Source: Perna viridis (lineage: Eukaryota). Taken from it: DNA of 64,000 bases. The position numbers and the translations under genes were made by a program. This document shows positions 1 to 10,000 of the stretch, piece after piece. The DNA lies in NCBI GenBank assembly GCA_037379345.1, contig CM074511.1, positions 2,852,001 to 2,916,000 of the forward strand. Reading direction: 5' to 3'. The notes beneath the pieces were generated by a model that had not been told where the DNA came from, ran no database searches, and saw nothing but the letters and a program-made list of their open reading frames with translations. How positions within the stretch are numbered: the stretch's first letter is position 1; every line of letters starts with the position of its first letter.

Positions 1-1581
1 ATTTTGTCAGGAAACAGATTTTCCTTACTTTCTGATAACCATTATACAGAAATAATTTCTCTTGCATATCAAATGATTAACTTACGTTATTTAGATATGT
101 CATACAACCCCTTACATTATCGAGATATTACGTACTGTAACCTAGAACTGATGCACCACGAACTTGTTTACACTGACGGTTGCTATGGTAATAGCGGTGG
201 AAACAACAGGGATCTTTCTAGAAACAAAACATTGGATAAAACCACTGTGGTTACTTTTCCTTTACCACCAAAACTTACATTCATTCGTCTAACGCATTAT
301 CTTACTGAAAGTATCCCAATAGGAAATAAAATAATTCTGAAGAATGCCGAGAATCTAAAATACGTTGATGTATCTTACATGTCTTTACAGTATTTTCCTG
401 ACATTTCTTCAGAGACCCATTTCAACGTGCAATACCTTGATATGTCCGGTATAGATGCTAATATATTTCTAAATAAAACCTCTGTACCCATATTACAGAA
501 GTTAAAAACTGTCATTGCGCAGAATGTCCGTCTCAGTGAGATTTCCGGAACATTAAAGAAAGTGTTTAGTCTTTTCCCTAATGTACAAAAGCTTGATATA
601 TCTTTTAATAACTTGTGGTACATAGACGGAAATGCGTTTTCAAACAGCAAAATGCTTAATGATTTAACAATTTCACACAATATACTTTCTTTGGTACCTG
701 ACGGAATCATGCAAGTGACAACTATATCAACATTTGACATTAGATACAACAGACTCGAATCCATTAATCAAACTATGCGGAATTGGATGAACCAGCAAGC
801 AAAAAACAGAAAGTTTGTATTGAAAATAAAAGGCAACAGCCTTAAATGTACTTGTGGTACGAAGGATTTTGTAAGATGGTTGTTCGAAAATCCATACAAC
901 ATAATCTTTGATGAAACATCGAAGAATTACCATTGTATTTTAGACAATGGTACGGTTAGTGACACTGCCACTGTAAATAACCATTTCAATCAACTGTTTT
1001 CAGATTGTGACAGCAAAACATGGCTTAAAACTGGAGTCACAACAATTGTCATCCTATTTATCTTAATTTTTATATCGGCTATTGTATTCAACTATCGTTG
1101 GAAAATTATGTTTTGGTTGTATACTAAGTTTAAACGTGTTGTTCAACGTGGTTTGGACAACAAATTAAGGTTTGATGTCTATATATCATACTCCGAAGAT
1201 TATTTTCCGTGGATTAGCACAGTCCTTTTGCCAAAACTGGAAAAAACGTGGAACTTGAATATTTGCATCGAAGACAGAGACTTCATGTTGGGACGACCAA
1301 AATCTGACGAAATTGTGAAAAGTATTTCTGAAAGTAGAAATGCTATTTTTGTTATTTCTGAATCGTCTCAACAAAACCAGTGGAATCAATTTGAAATAGA
1401 AAGAGTAAAACATGAGAAATGCACCAACTTTTTACAAAAAATAATTGTTATAGTTAAAGACACTGCTCAAGTACCACGTGACTTTGATGACATTCTCAAA
1501 AGCATGACTATGATCACGTGGTCTGATGATGAGTTCGGCTGGGATGAGTTACGAATGGCACTATTTTCTGAAAAACTGTAA
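1..1581 (+). CDS. Toll-like receptor, 5'-truncated by the window edge (LRRs, LRR-CT, transmembrane helix, TIR domain)
   Basis: The frame is open from base 1 to TAA at 1579-1581. It has LRR motifs (LRYLDMSYNPL, VQKLDISFNNL, FDIRYNRLESI) and an LRR-CT (GNSLKCTC...C...C). A hydrophobic TM segment (VTTIVILFILIFISAIVF) precedes TIR box1 FDVYISYS, box2 ICIEDRDFMLG and a box3-like WDELRMAL. The listed TTG start is an artefact of the window edge. Confidence 0.95.
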   Translation: MLSGNRFSLLSDNHYTEIISLAYQMINLRYLDMSYNPLHYRDITYCNLELMHHELVYTDGCYGNSGGNNRDLSRNKTLDKTTVVTFPLPPKLTFIRLTHYLTESIPIGNKIILKNAENLKYVDVSYMSLQYFPDISSETHFNVQYLDMSGIDANIFLNKTSVPILQKLKTVIAQNVRLSEISGTLKKVFSLFPNVQKLDISFNNLWYIDGNAFSNSKMLNDLTISHNILSLVPDGIMQVTTISTFDIRYNRLESINQTMRNWMNQQAKNRKFVLKIKGNSLKCTCGTKDFVRWLFENPYNIIFDETSKNYHCILDNGTVSDTATVNNHFNQLFSDCDSKTWLKTGVTTIVILFILIFISAIVFNYRWKIMFWLYTKFKRVVQRGLDNKLRFDVYISYSEDYFPWISTVLLPKLEKTWNLNICIEDRDFMLGRPKSDEIVKSISESRNAIFVISESSQQNQWNQFEIERVKHEKCTNFLQKIIVIVKDTAQVPRDFDDILKSMTMITWSDDEFGWDELRMALFSEKL

Positions 1582-1673
1582 CTAAGTTTAATTTAGATAT
1601 ATATTTTTATATTTATTTTTATTGCTGATATTAATGTGATTTCTGTATTACGGTGACTTTTTCCGAGTGAACT

Positions 1674-1750
1674 TGACTATGATCACATGGTCAGATAATG
1701 AGTTCCGCTGGGATAAGTTACGGATCGCACTATTTTCTGACAAAATTTAA
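1674..1750 (+). repeat. Diverged duplicate of the last 77 nt of the TLR CDS (1505-1581)
   Basis: tgactatgatcacatggtcagataatgagttccgctgggataagttacggatcgcactattttctgacaaaatttaa aligns without gaps to 1505-1581. It translates TMITWSDNEFRWDKLRIALFSDKI* versus TMITWSDDEFGWDELRMALFSEKL*. Confidence 0.9.
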
Positions 1751-2926
1751 CGAACATTTTCCTTCTCAAAAGTATTTATACGACTTATACGGTTTTGTTC
1801 AGCGTCATGATAGATATTTAGAAAAAAATATTTAACGTCGGTGATTACACATACATGTACAAGTCAACAATTAATATAAGTTTGTAGAGTGTTTAACCGA
1901 AGGCGAAATTTACGACAATTTGGCTAAAGTGAGCTTGCATGGTTGCCAGGCTTGTGACAAAGGAAAGCTCCAAATTTCAGACTGGAAAATAGATGAAACT
2001 CCCGGGCTATGGTAGGGCCTCGAAACTTTGACACATGTGGGATTTAAATCACTGCAGTTTCAACCACGTTATTACAAGTCCAACCACTCGGCAACACTGC
2101 CCCCCCCCACCCCCAAATAATATGAGGCAAATTTAATATGTAAGAAAACGAAGTAAAAGCTAGAGTGGCATTATCATTCTAGTGGACTTGGTGCGTTTTG
2201 TCTGTGGATCGAGTTCATATGTTAAGATACGAAACTAGCTAATTTTATATTTTCATTCAGTTTTTTTTTCATTCGGAACTATTCGGTCATTTTACGTGCA
2301 TAAGTTCCGGTAAAGTTCCACTGGTTGTTACATCCAGTCAGACTGAAATCAGCATCTCATAACTTCTGAAGATATATCTTAGATTCGTGTTTATTAGTGT
2401 AGGAAATAGGCAATTTCACACCAAACTCTATTTACACACAGGCACTTGGGGCATGAATGGTAAGAACTACAGACCCCCCCCCTTTGGTGCCTGAAATGCC
2501 TGTGATTTAATATACTTAGCGTAAATGACAACATAAAATACATTGTTAAAGGCTAAATGTGTATGTACCTATCTCGATTGGAAAGTTAAATGAAATTTCT
2601 TTTATAATTTGCGATCAACATATTTGGCAATACAATATACCTCATGGTTTTTTATTATTAATTTACAAATAGAAATATGAGGGTTTTTTTTTAATTTGTC
2701 CATGAGTATCTGTTGTAAACGGTTGTCCACTCCCTTGTATTTCCTGTTATTCGATCATTAATGGTGATTAAAATTGTTTTCTACATGCGAATCATGAATC
2801 ATACAAAACTAAGGTTAATGTCTCCTTCAATACAATTCTAAAACTTTTTATGAAGAAAATTTTAATAGCATTAGTGCTGGTAATCTGAAAAAGAATGCAA
2901 GTAAAGATTGCTTCGCTATGAATTAT

Positions 2927-5900
2927 TTAAACAAAAATGTAAGTGTTTGTAGTGTCTCTTGTCTTTTGGGAGGTTTCTTTCTTTTCCCGTCTTTGCTTCA
3001 TTCTAATTTTTGTGCCAACATCCGTTTTGGTTTCTTTGATCTTCTTTTGACCTTTTAATTTGCTAGTAATGACTAAATCTTTTTCTTTGTTTGTAATCGG
3101 CCTTTTCTTCCTCTTCTTTACACCGACTGCGTCTCGCTCTTTATGAGATCTACTGATTGGGGGAAGGAAAACTTTCCCTTTCGGGGTAATTTGTTTCCCG
3201 CCATCTTGTCGCGGCGATTCATCATGGATCTTTTCTCTCGGAGAAAATAAAGGAAGAAAGCCTTTAGTTTTTTTTATATGTACGATGGTATTTATACTTT
3301 CATTGAGTTCTGATAATTTTTTCTTGCTTTGTTTTCCCTCTGCTCTGAATGTTTTGATTAAAGTTCCATATTGATCTCGCTGTTCCTGTAAGAAGTTTCG
3401 CTGAAGCTGGCGTTGTTCATCGTGATAAGTTTTTTCGTGCTCTTTAAAGTCCTCTTGTATGTTTCTTGTCAAATCAATACTCTGTTTAAGTTCACCAAAT
3501 TTCATTCTTATTTTTTCAATGTCATCTCTTTGTTTCTCTTGCATCACTCTTCCTGCAGCCAATTCTTCCCTTAGTAAACGTAGTTCTTCTTGGTGTTTGT
3601 CGTTTATTTTGTAATCAATTGTTGTGTTTTTACTGAAAAAATGTTGTTTGTTATCCAAAGCTTCTGAAATATGTTGAATTTTGACTTTAACGTCTGTAAC
3701 AGCATCAAATATTTGCTGGCTTTGCTGTGTCTGCTTAATACTTTTTTGTTTTGTATCCTCTAATGTTCCTACTACCTCTGATTGACGATTTAGAATAGTG
3801 TGCTTCAAATCGTCGTTGTATTGTTTCTGTATTTTTGATTCTTTTTGTAAATTGTCAACCAATAGTTCATGCTTTGATCTCTCGTCAAGTGACACATCTT
3901 GTAGGCGTCGGATTTCTGCATTAAGTTCTTGGTGATGCTGAAGCATTTTCATTTGGAATTTTTCGTTTGCCTCTTTCTCCTCAATTATCTGTATTTCTTT
4001 ACTGTTTGTTTTCTCTTTCTCTATTTCTGCTATTGATTTAGTTAATTCGTTTAAAGCCGTTTGTTTATGAAGTATTTCAAATAGTGTATCCTTGATATCT
4101 TGAAAATTTACTTCCAGTTTATGTGTGATTCCTGTAAACTTAAGAGTCTCTTCGTTTCCCATTTCATCTGTTTTCTTTACTGATCTATCGAATTGAGTTT
4201 CGTCTAATCGATCAGCTATTATCTTTAACTGTTGATTCTGTGTATTTCTAGTTTCATTGTGTAAGTTAATAATAAACTGCCGTAGATCTTCGTCACTTAA
4301 TTTCTTAAATGTCTTTCTTTCAGTAACGTCATTTTGCATGTTTGACTGATTTTGGTTAAATTCCATTGATGTTTGTTGTTTCATCTTTTCGGCATCATTT
4401 GCCATACGTAACTGTTCTTCCATTAGTTGTGTGCTAATAGAAATGGACGATTTAATTTCGTCTAACCTTTCTGGGATGTCTTGTTTCTTGTTCTGTTCGA
4501 GACCATGGTTTATTGTGACTTTTAATTGAAATATCTCTTTTTGTTGATCAGTTAAGCATTTTTCAAGGTTTTTCATTTCTTTTTGGCGAATAGATTCGTC
4601 GGTTTTAAGTGCCTTCTGTACCTCAAATATTTGGTCTTTTAACATTAAACATTCTTGTTTAAAATCTAATGTTTTCGTATTGTTTTCTGTAAATAATTTT
4701 TGTAATGAGCCGGCCTCTAATGGGGTATTATTGTGAGCATGTAATATAGAATCATTCTCAATATGTATCCTTAGGTCATTCAGTTCGTGGTGCCATGACT
4801 TCATGTTTTCGTTTATTCGTTGATAGAGATCGACCGTTCGTGCCTCTTGTTTGACATTACTTTCAACCATCTTGTCATGTGACTCGTGATTTTTTTCCAA
4901 AAACAGTTGAAGCTTATTTAATTGACTAGAAAATAAAGTATCTGGGTCTGCATTAACATGTCTGTCACTGGAAACTGTAGACTTTACTGCATGAGCAATA
5001 CTATCAAGATGACTTCTCAGTGCATGAAACTGTATCTTATTCTGTGCGGTGTTGTCATCTAGTTGACTTTGCATTTGTCTTTTAATATCTTTTAGAATGT
5101 CTGAAATGTCAAGTTTATCTAATCTATTGACAATGGACTTATCAATCACTTCACGCATTTCAATAATGTGTTTATTGATTTTAACATAGGCTCTGTCTTC
5201 GTTACTTATGATGGCATTTTCTAAATCTTTCGTATATTTTGTTTCTGCAAGGTGGCTTTGTATGTGATCTATAGCGGTACTGATCTTTAACAATATGTCC
5301 TCCTGTGTGTCATTTTTTTGTGGCGTTTCATATTTAGCAATGCGATCGTATTCACGTTCAATAATCCCATTCATTTCTCTGACAGTTTGTATGATGTCTT
5401 CTTTGTTGACGGCTCTAGTGCTCTGTATATCACCTACGCGTTTCTCTAGGGTATCAACCCACTGTCTCATGGTTCCAACTTCCTTACAACGCCGTTCAAT
5501 GTCACCAGTTCTCAGAATAAGTAACTCTCCAATCCTATCTATTTTAGTTGCCAGATCATGGAATGATTGGCTTCCCTCAAACACGGTTTGTCTTACTTCT
5601 TTACCGTCTTCAGTTGACTCAATGTATTTACTGGCAGAAGTTTTCTTCACTAAGTCTGCCATCTTTGCATTCTCCTCTTTTATTTGTTCTATGATAAGTA
5701 CATTGCTGTCTAATGCTTTTCTTAATATTCCAATTTGTCGTTGAATGTCATCTTGGTATTGTCTGTTCAATTCACATTGCTGAAGTTGTAATTGTTTGTT
5801 TTCGTACAAATGTGCGGATAATTGATTTGATAAACTTTCACGAAGGTCTTGTTGATCTCGTCTTTCCTCTAATAATAATACCTTGACATCATTTAAGTTT

Positions 5901-5986
5901 GAATTAACTTCTACTATTGTGGGCATATCATCCAAACTGTCTAGAAACTTCATGTTAACTTTTTGCTCCTCCAATTGGGACTTTTT
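2927..5986 (-). CDS. Long coiled-coil region with a basic C-terminal tail; probable terminal exon of the giant repeat-protein gene
   Basis: The 1015-aa ORF is rich in L/Q/E/K heptad-like sequence and has a K/R-rich tail (KKRKKRP). Its listed start is TTG, and a polypyrimidine/acceptor (tttttgaaatacag|AAAAAG) opens it in phase 0 at 5986. Confidence 0.85.
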   Translation of the reverse strand, partial: KKSQLEEQKVNMKFLDSLDDMPTIVEVNSNLNDVKVLLLEERRDQQDLRESLSNQLSAHLYENKQLQLQQCELNRQYQDDIQRQIGILRKALDSNVLIIEQIKEENAKMADLVKKTSASKYIESTEDGKEVRQTVFEGSQSFHDLATKIDRIGELLILRTGDIERRCKEVGTMRQWVDTLEKRVGDIQSTRAVNKEDIIQTVREMNGIIEREYDRIAKYETPQKNDTQEDILLKISTAIDHIQSHLAETKYTKDLENAIISNEDRAYVKINKHIIEMREVIDKSIVNRLDKLDISDILKDIKRQMQSQLDDNTAQNKIQFHALRSHLDSIAHAVKSTVSSDRHVNADPDTLFSSQLNKLQLFLEKNHESHDKMVESNVKQEARTVDLYQRINENMKSWHHELNDLRIHIENDSILHAHNNTPLEAGSLQKLFTENNTKTLDFKQECLMLKDQIFEVQKALKTDESIRQKEMKNLEKCLTDQQKEIFQLKVTINHGLEQNKKQDIPERLDEIKSSISISTQLMEEQLRMANDAEKMKQQTSMEFNQNQSNMQNDVTERKTFKKLSDEDLRQFIINLHNETRNTQNQQLKIIADRLDETQFDRSVKKTDEMGNEETLKFTGITHKLEVNFQDIKDTLFEILHKQTALNELTKSIAEIEKEKTNSKEIQIIEEKEANEKFQMKMLQHHQELNAEIRRLQDVSLDERSKHELLVDNLQKESKIQKQYNDDLKHTILNRQSEVVGTLEDTKQKSIKQTQQSQQIFDAVTDVKVKIQHISEALDNKQHFFSKNTTIDYKINDKHQEELRLLREELAAGRVMQEKQRDDIEKIRMKFGELKQSIDLTRNIQEDFKEHEKTYHDEQRQLQRNFLQEQRDQYGTLIKTFRAEGKQSKKKLSELNESINTIVHIKKTKGFLPLFSPREKIHDESPRQDGGKQITPKGKVFLPPISRSHKERDAVGVKKRKKRPITNKEKDLVITSKLKGQKKIKETKTDVGTKIRMKQRREKKETSQKTRDTTNTYIFV

Positions 5987-6495
5987 CTGTATTTCAAAAA
6001 AAAATTGAGGTAAAGTTAAAAGTTCAAGGAAGATATAATAATAGCAGTACGTGCTAATTAAAAATTAAAAAGCTGTTTAAAATAACAGGATGTATTTTTT
6101 ACTTTAGATACAAGTACGGAATAATAAGTAAATATGACAAAAGTAAAAAGCTGATATACTATTAAACAATGATTTCTCAAGTAATTAAAACGTGAACGTG
6201 AAGACGTTTTCTACTTCAAATCAAAACTTAAAACCTGCATTTAGGTCCTGATATAGAACTCAGCGACATGATAGCTTCAAAGCTGTCTTACCAGGAATTA
6301 ATAGTTTAGTCTTTATATAAATATCGATTAGACCTTATTGTAGGTTCTGATTTTTCGGTAGTATTTGGATTCATTTTTATTTTGTTCGTACATTCAGAGA
6401 TTGGGTTGTTGAATAAAAAATTCTAGCATGTAAAATGTGATATATCTTGGGAAAAGTTTAATTCATATAAAACATTAACTCTTAGTAAAACTCGC

Positions 6496-6524
6496 CATAT
6501 CACTGTGTGCTGTATATCTGTTTT
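6496..6524 (-). CDS. Predicted 29-nt microexon (E)NRYTAHSDM linking the giant exon to the coiled-coil exon
   Basis: The acceptor is catttttatttacag| at 6525 and the GC donor is ATG|GCGAGT at 6495. The 29 nt convert the phase-1 donor at 7029 exactly into the phase-0 acceptor at 5986 with no stop. Confidence 0.6.
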
Positions 6525-7029
6525 CTGTAAATAAAAATGAAATTCATCCTGTTAACTGTTATTTTTGGACATTAAAATACTTTTTTATATATAATATCAT
6601 ATAGAAACTTCGCGAATAACTACATTGAAACACAAGGTTTGATCAAGTACTCAATCGAGGCAAAGTGCATATCTGACAGAGATTAATGTTCCTTAAAGAC
6701 TTTGCCTGAAATATGCATAGGATAACTTTTACAAATTTTTTCCCAAGCCTTCTTTTTGCAATTTATGCCTTAATGACTTTAGAAGAGTAGAAAAATGTTC
6801 CTTATTGATCTATGAATAAAATGGAATGGCTCCATTCTAAAAAGGTACTCAATTTTAATGACATTCTGATTGAGAGTTTTGTTTAATTGAAATAAAAAAT
6901 GGCTAAGTGGCTATTTCTTCTTACGACATTTGCAGTTTTACATGGTCCCATAACAACTTATTCGTTTACCTTTAAAGCTTGAAATTAATAACTACATAAA
7001 TGCTGTATCGTGACTAATGTGATACTCAC

Positions 7030-10000
7030 CGTTCATGTTGTAATCATCGGCATCCGAAACATCTGACTGAACTTCATCAACAGCTGCACTGTGAGTATTC
7101 GATTGTCCCGATAGTCTTCTTTTTCCTGTTAATGGAAAAAATGTCTTGAGAAGCAATGGAGAGCCTCCCAATTTTTCGGCACTAAATGGTCTGTATCTTC
7201 CACCAGAGGTCGGTCGCGATCCTGCACTCATTGCTCGAAGTCTCTCTGGTGATTTCCTTTGTTGTAAACTGTTGCTGTCAGCACTAGTTAGCCTATATAA
7301 ACTTGATGTTTCATTAGACCTAACTCCATCTGGTGATTTTCTATGGCTTGGGGAATATCGCGTTGAAAGAGAAGGTAGTTCCCTCTTTTTTCCCTGATAA
7401 GCAACATCTGTTGTTCCGAACGAAATGTCTGTTATATGACAATCTTTATGCGATTGATTTTCTTTGTTCTCAGACATTTGTAGTTGCACTTTTGCTTTTG
7501 AGAAGAATTCATAGGAGTTATGTTTTCCTGAGATAGACCTGTTCAGCTTTGCCTCATCATGTGTAAAGATTTTCTTTTCAGATACAACATCACCTTCTAC
7601 ATGTATTTCTTCATAAGCATCTTGTCTTTCCATTGTAGGCAATGACCTTTTGTTCCCATTTCTCAGTGACTGGTTGGTATTGGTCTCCCCTTTATATTCT
7701 GTGTCGTCCTTTGTGGATACCTTATCGTCTTGTCTGTTAACTAAGTCATCTCTATCAGGTTTATTGTTACCAATATCCTCTAAGTGATATTTAAATTCAT
7801 AATTAGTTTCCGTCAAAGGCCCCTTATCATACTTAGCTTCAGTCCGTGGTTCCTTTGAGTACTTTGTACGTGTTAAAGATTCATCACAGGATTCTTCTGC
7901 TGACTTTACTTCTGTTGAAAATTCTATTACTCGAGTTGAAGGTTTCCGGGATATTTTTACATCAGGTGATGTATTTTCAGTAGTGTTTACCTCGATAGTT
8001 CTGGTAGTAGCTAACACTTCTTTAGAAGTCTGTGTTACAGTTGAAGGTTCCTTAGGGATATAAGTGTCAGTTAATCCCGCCTCGAGAGGCTTTGTCTCTT
8101 GTAAGTGTTCTTCGTGATTCTCTTTTTCAACTGACGTTTCGTTGGTAGTTTCTTTATTTGAAACATCTTTGGTAGTCGTGATTTCAATTAAGGATTCTTT
8201 GGTAGTTATCGTTTCAAGTAAATCTTCAGGAGTATTTGCCAAATATGAAGATTGTTCTGTGATATCGGTTTCGATTGGTATATCTTCGATAGTCAATGAT
8301 TTTAGTGAAGGTTCTTTGCCAATCTCTGTTTTAACTGAAGTATCATCGGTAGTCTTTTGTTCATTTGAAGAATCTTCAGTCGCCTTAATTTGCTCTGTTT
8401 CTGTATCAGCTGAAAGTTCTTCGCTATTCTTTGATTCATTTGAAGGTTCTTCATTAGTTTTTGCTACAGTTAAAGACTTCCCGATATGTTTTGTTCCAGA
8501 TGAACGGTTCTCGACATTCTGTAATCCAGATGAATGGTTCTCGACATTCTGTAATCCAGATGAATGGTTCTCGACATTCTCTATTACAGATGAACGGTTC
8601 TCAACATTCTGTGTTCCTGATGAATGGTTCTCGACATTTTGCTTTACAGATGAATTGTTCTCGACATTTTGTGTTTCAGTTGAAGAATCTCCAGAGGTTT
8701 TTGTTTCGTGGGAAGGTTTTATTTTAATTAAAAGATTTTCATCAGTATTGTCAGCTGACGATTTTTCGGTATACTTTGTCAGTGTTGGAGGTTCCCTGTC
8801 AGTCTTTATTGGTGATGAGGATTTTGTATTATTTTTTGTTTCAATTGAAGGTCCCTCAAAAGTTTTAGTTTCACAAGATGGTTTTTCAGTAGCTCTTCCA
8901 ATTTCAGTTAAAGGTTCCTCGGAAGTTTGTCTTATAAATACGGCTTCCTGGGTGGTATTTGTTTCAGATAAAAGTCCCATAATAACTTTTGTTACTGCTA
9001 ATCGTTCCACGGTTTCCTTTGTTTTTGGTGAAGATTCGTCCGTACTTGTTGCTTCTGTCGAGTATTCTTCTGGATCCTTTACTTTTGTTGAAAAGTTTTC
9101 AGAAGCCTTCGTTTCTGTCGAAGGTTTTCCAGTTCCCTTTCTTCCTTTTGTAGATTTGTCAGTACTCTTAACATCTGTTGAAAAGTCTTCAGTGCCCTTT
9201 TTTACTAATGAAAGTTTCTCAGAATTCTCTGTTTCTGTTAAATATTCGTCAATACCTTTTATTTCTGTTAAGGCTTCTTCAAAACCATTTGTTTCTGTCG
9301 CAGATTCTTCAGTACTCTTTGTTTCTATTGATGATTCGTCGGTTACCATTAGTTCTATTGAGGAATCTTCAGTACTCTTGGTTTCTGTTGAAGGTTTTTC
9401 AGTAGCCTTCGTTTCTGTTGAAAGTCTTTCAGTTCCCTCTGTTTCTTTTGATGATTCTTCAGTGCTCTTTATTTCTGTTGGAATTTCTTCAGTAACCCTT
9501 TCTAATGTTGAAGATGCCTTTGTCCGATTTGTTAAAGATTTATCGGTACTCTTTGTTTCTTTGTTGTCAGAACATTTTAACTCTATGGAGGATTTGTAAA
9601 TCCCACTTGTCTCAGTTGTTGATTCTTCACTACTCATTGTTTCTGTTGAGAATTCATCAGTACCTTTTGTATCTACAGAAGATTCTTTAATACCATATGT
9701 TTCGACTGAAAATTTGTCAGTAGTATTCAATGCTAATGAAGATTTTTCGGATGCCCTTTCCTCTGTTACAAGACTCTCTATTTCTATAAGGGTTCTCTTT
9801 GCAGTTGATTCTTTTTCCAGCTTTTTTTCTGTTGGGGATTCGTCAATACCCTTTGTTTTAATTGTTGATTCTTCAGTACTCTTTGTTTCTGTTGGAATGT
9901 TTTCAGTGATCCTTTCTACTGTTGAAGATTTTTTAGTCAGCTTTGTTTCTGTGAAAGATTCGTCAGTATTCTTTGTTTCTGCTGAAGGTTTTTCAGTTCT

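Noticed and set aside
1860-2098. Possible tRNA-derived SINE on the minus strand
   Set aside because: Only a degenerate A/B-box-like trace is visible, with no TSD or cloverleaf. Too weak to call, and it is not a tRNA gene.
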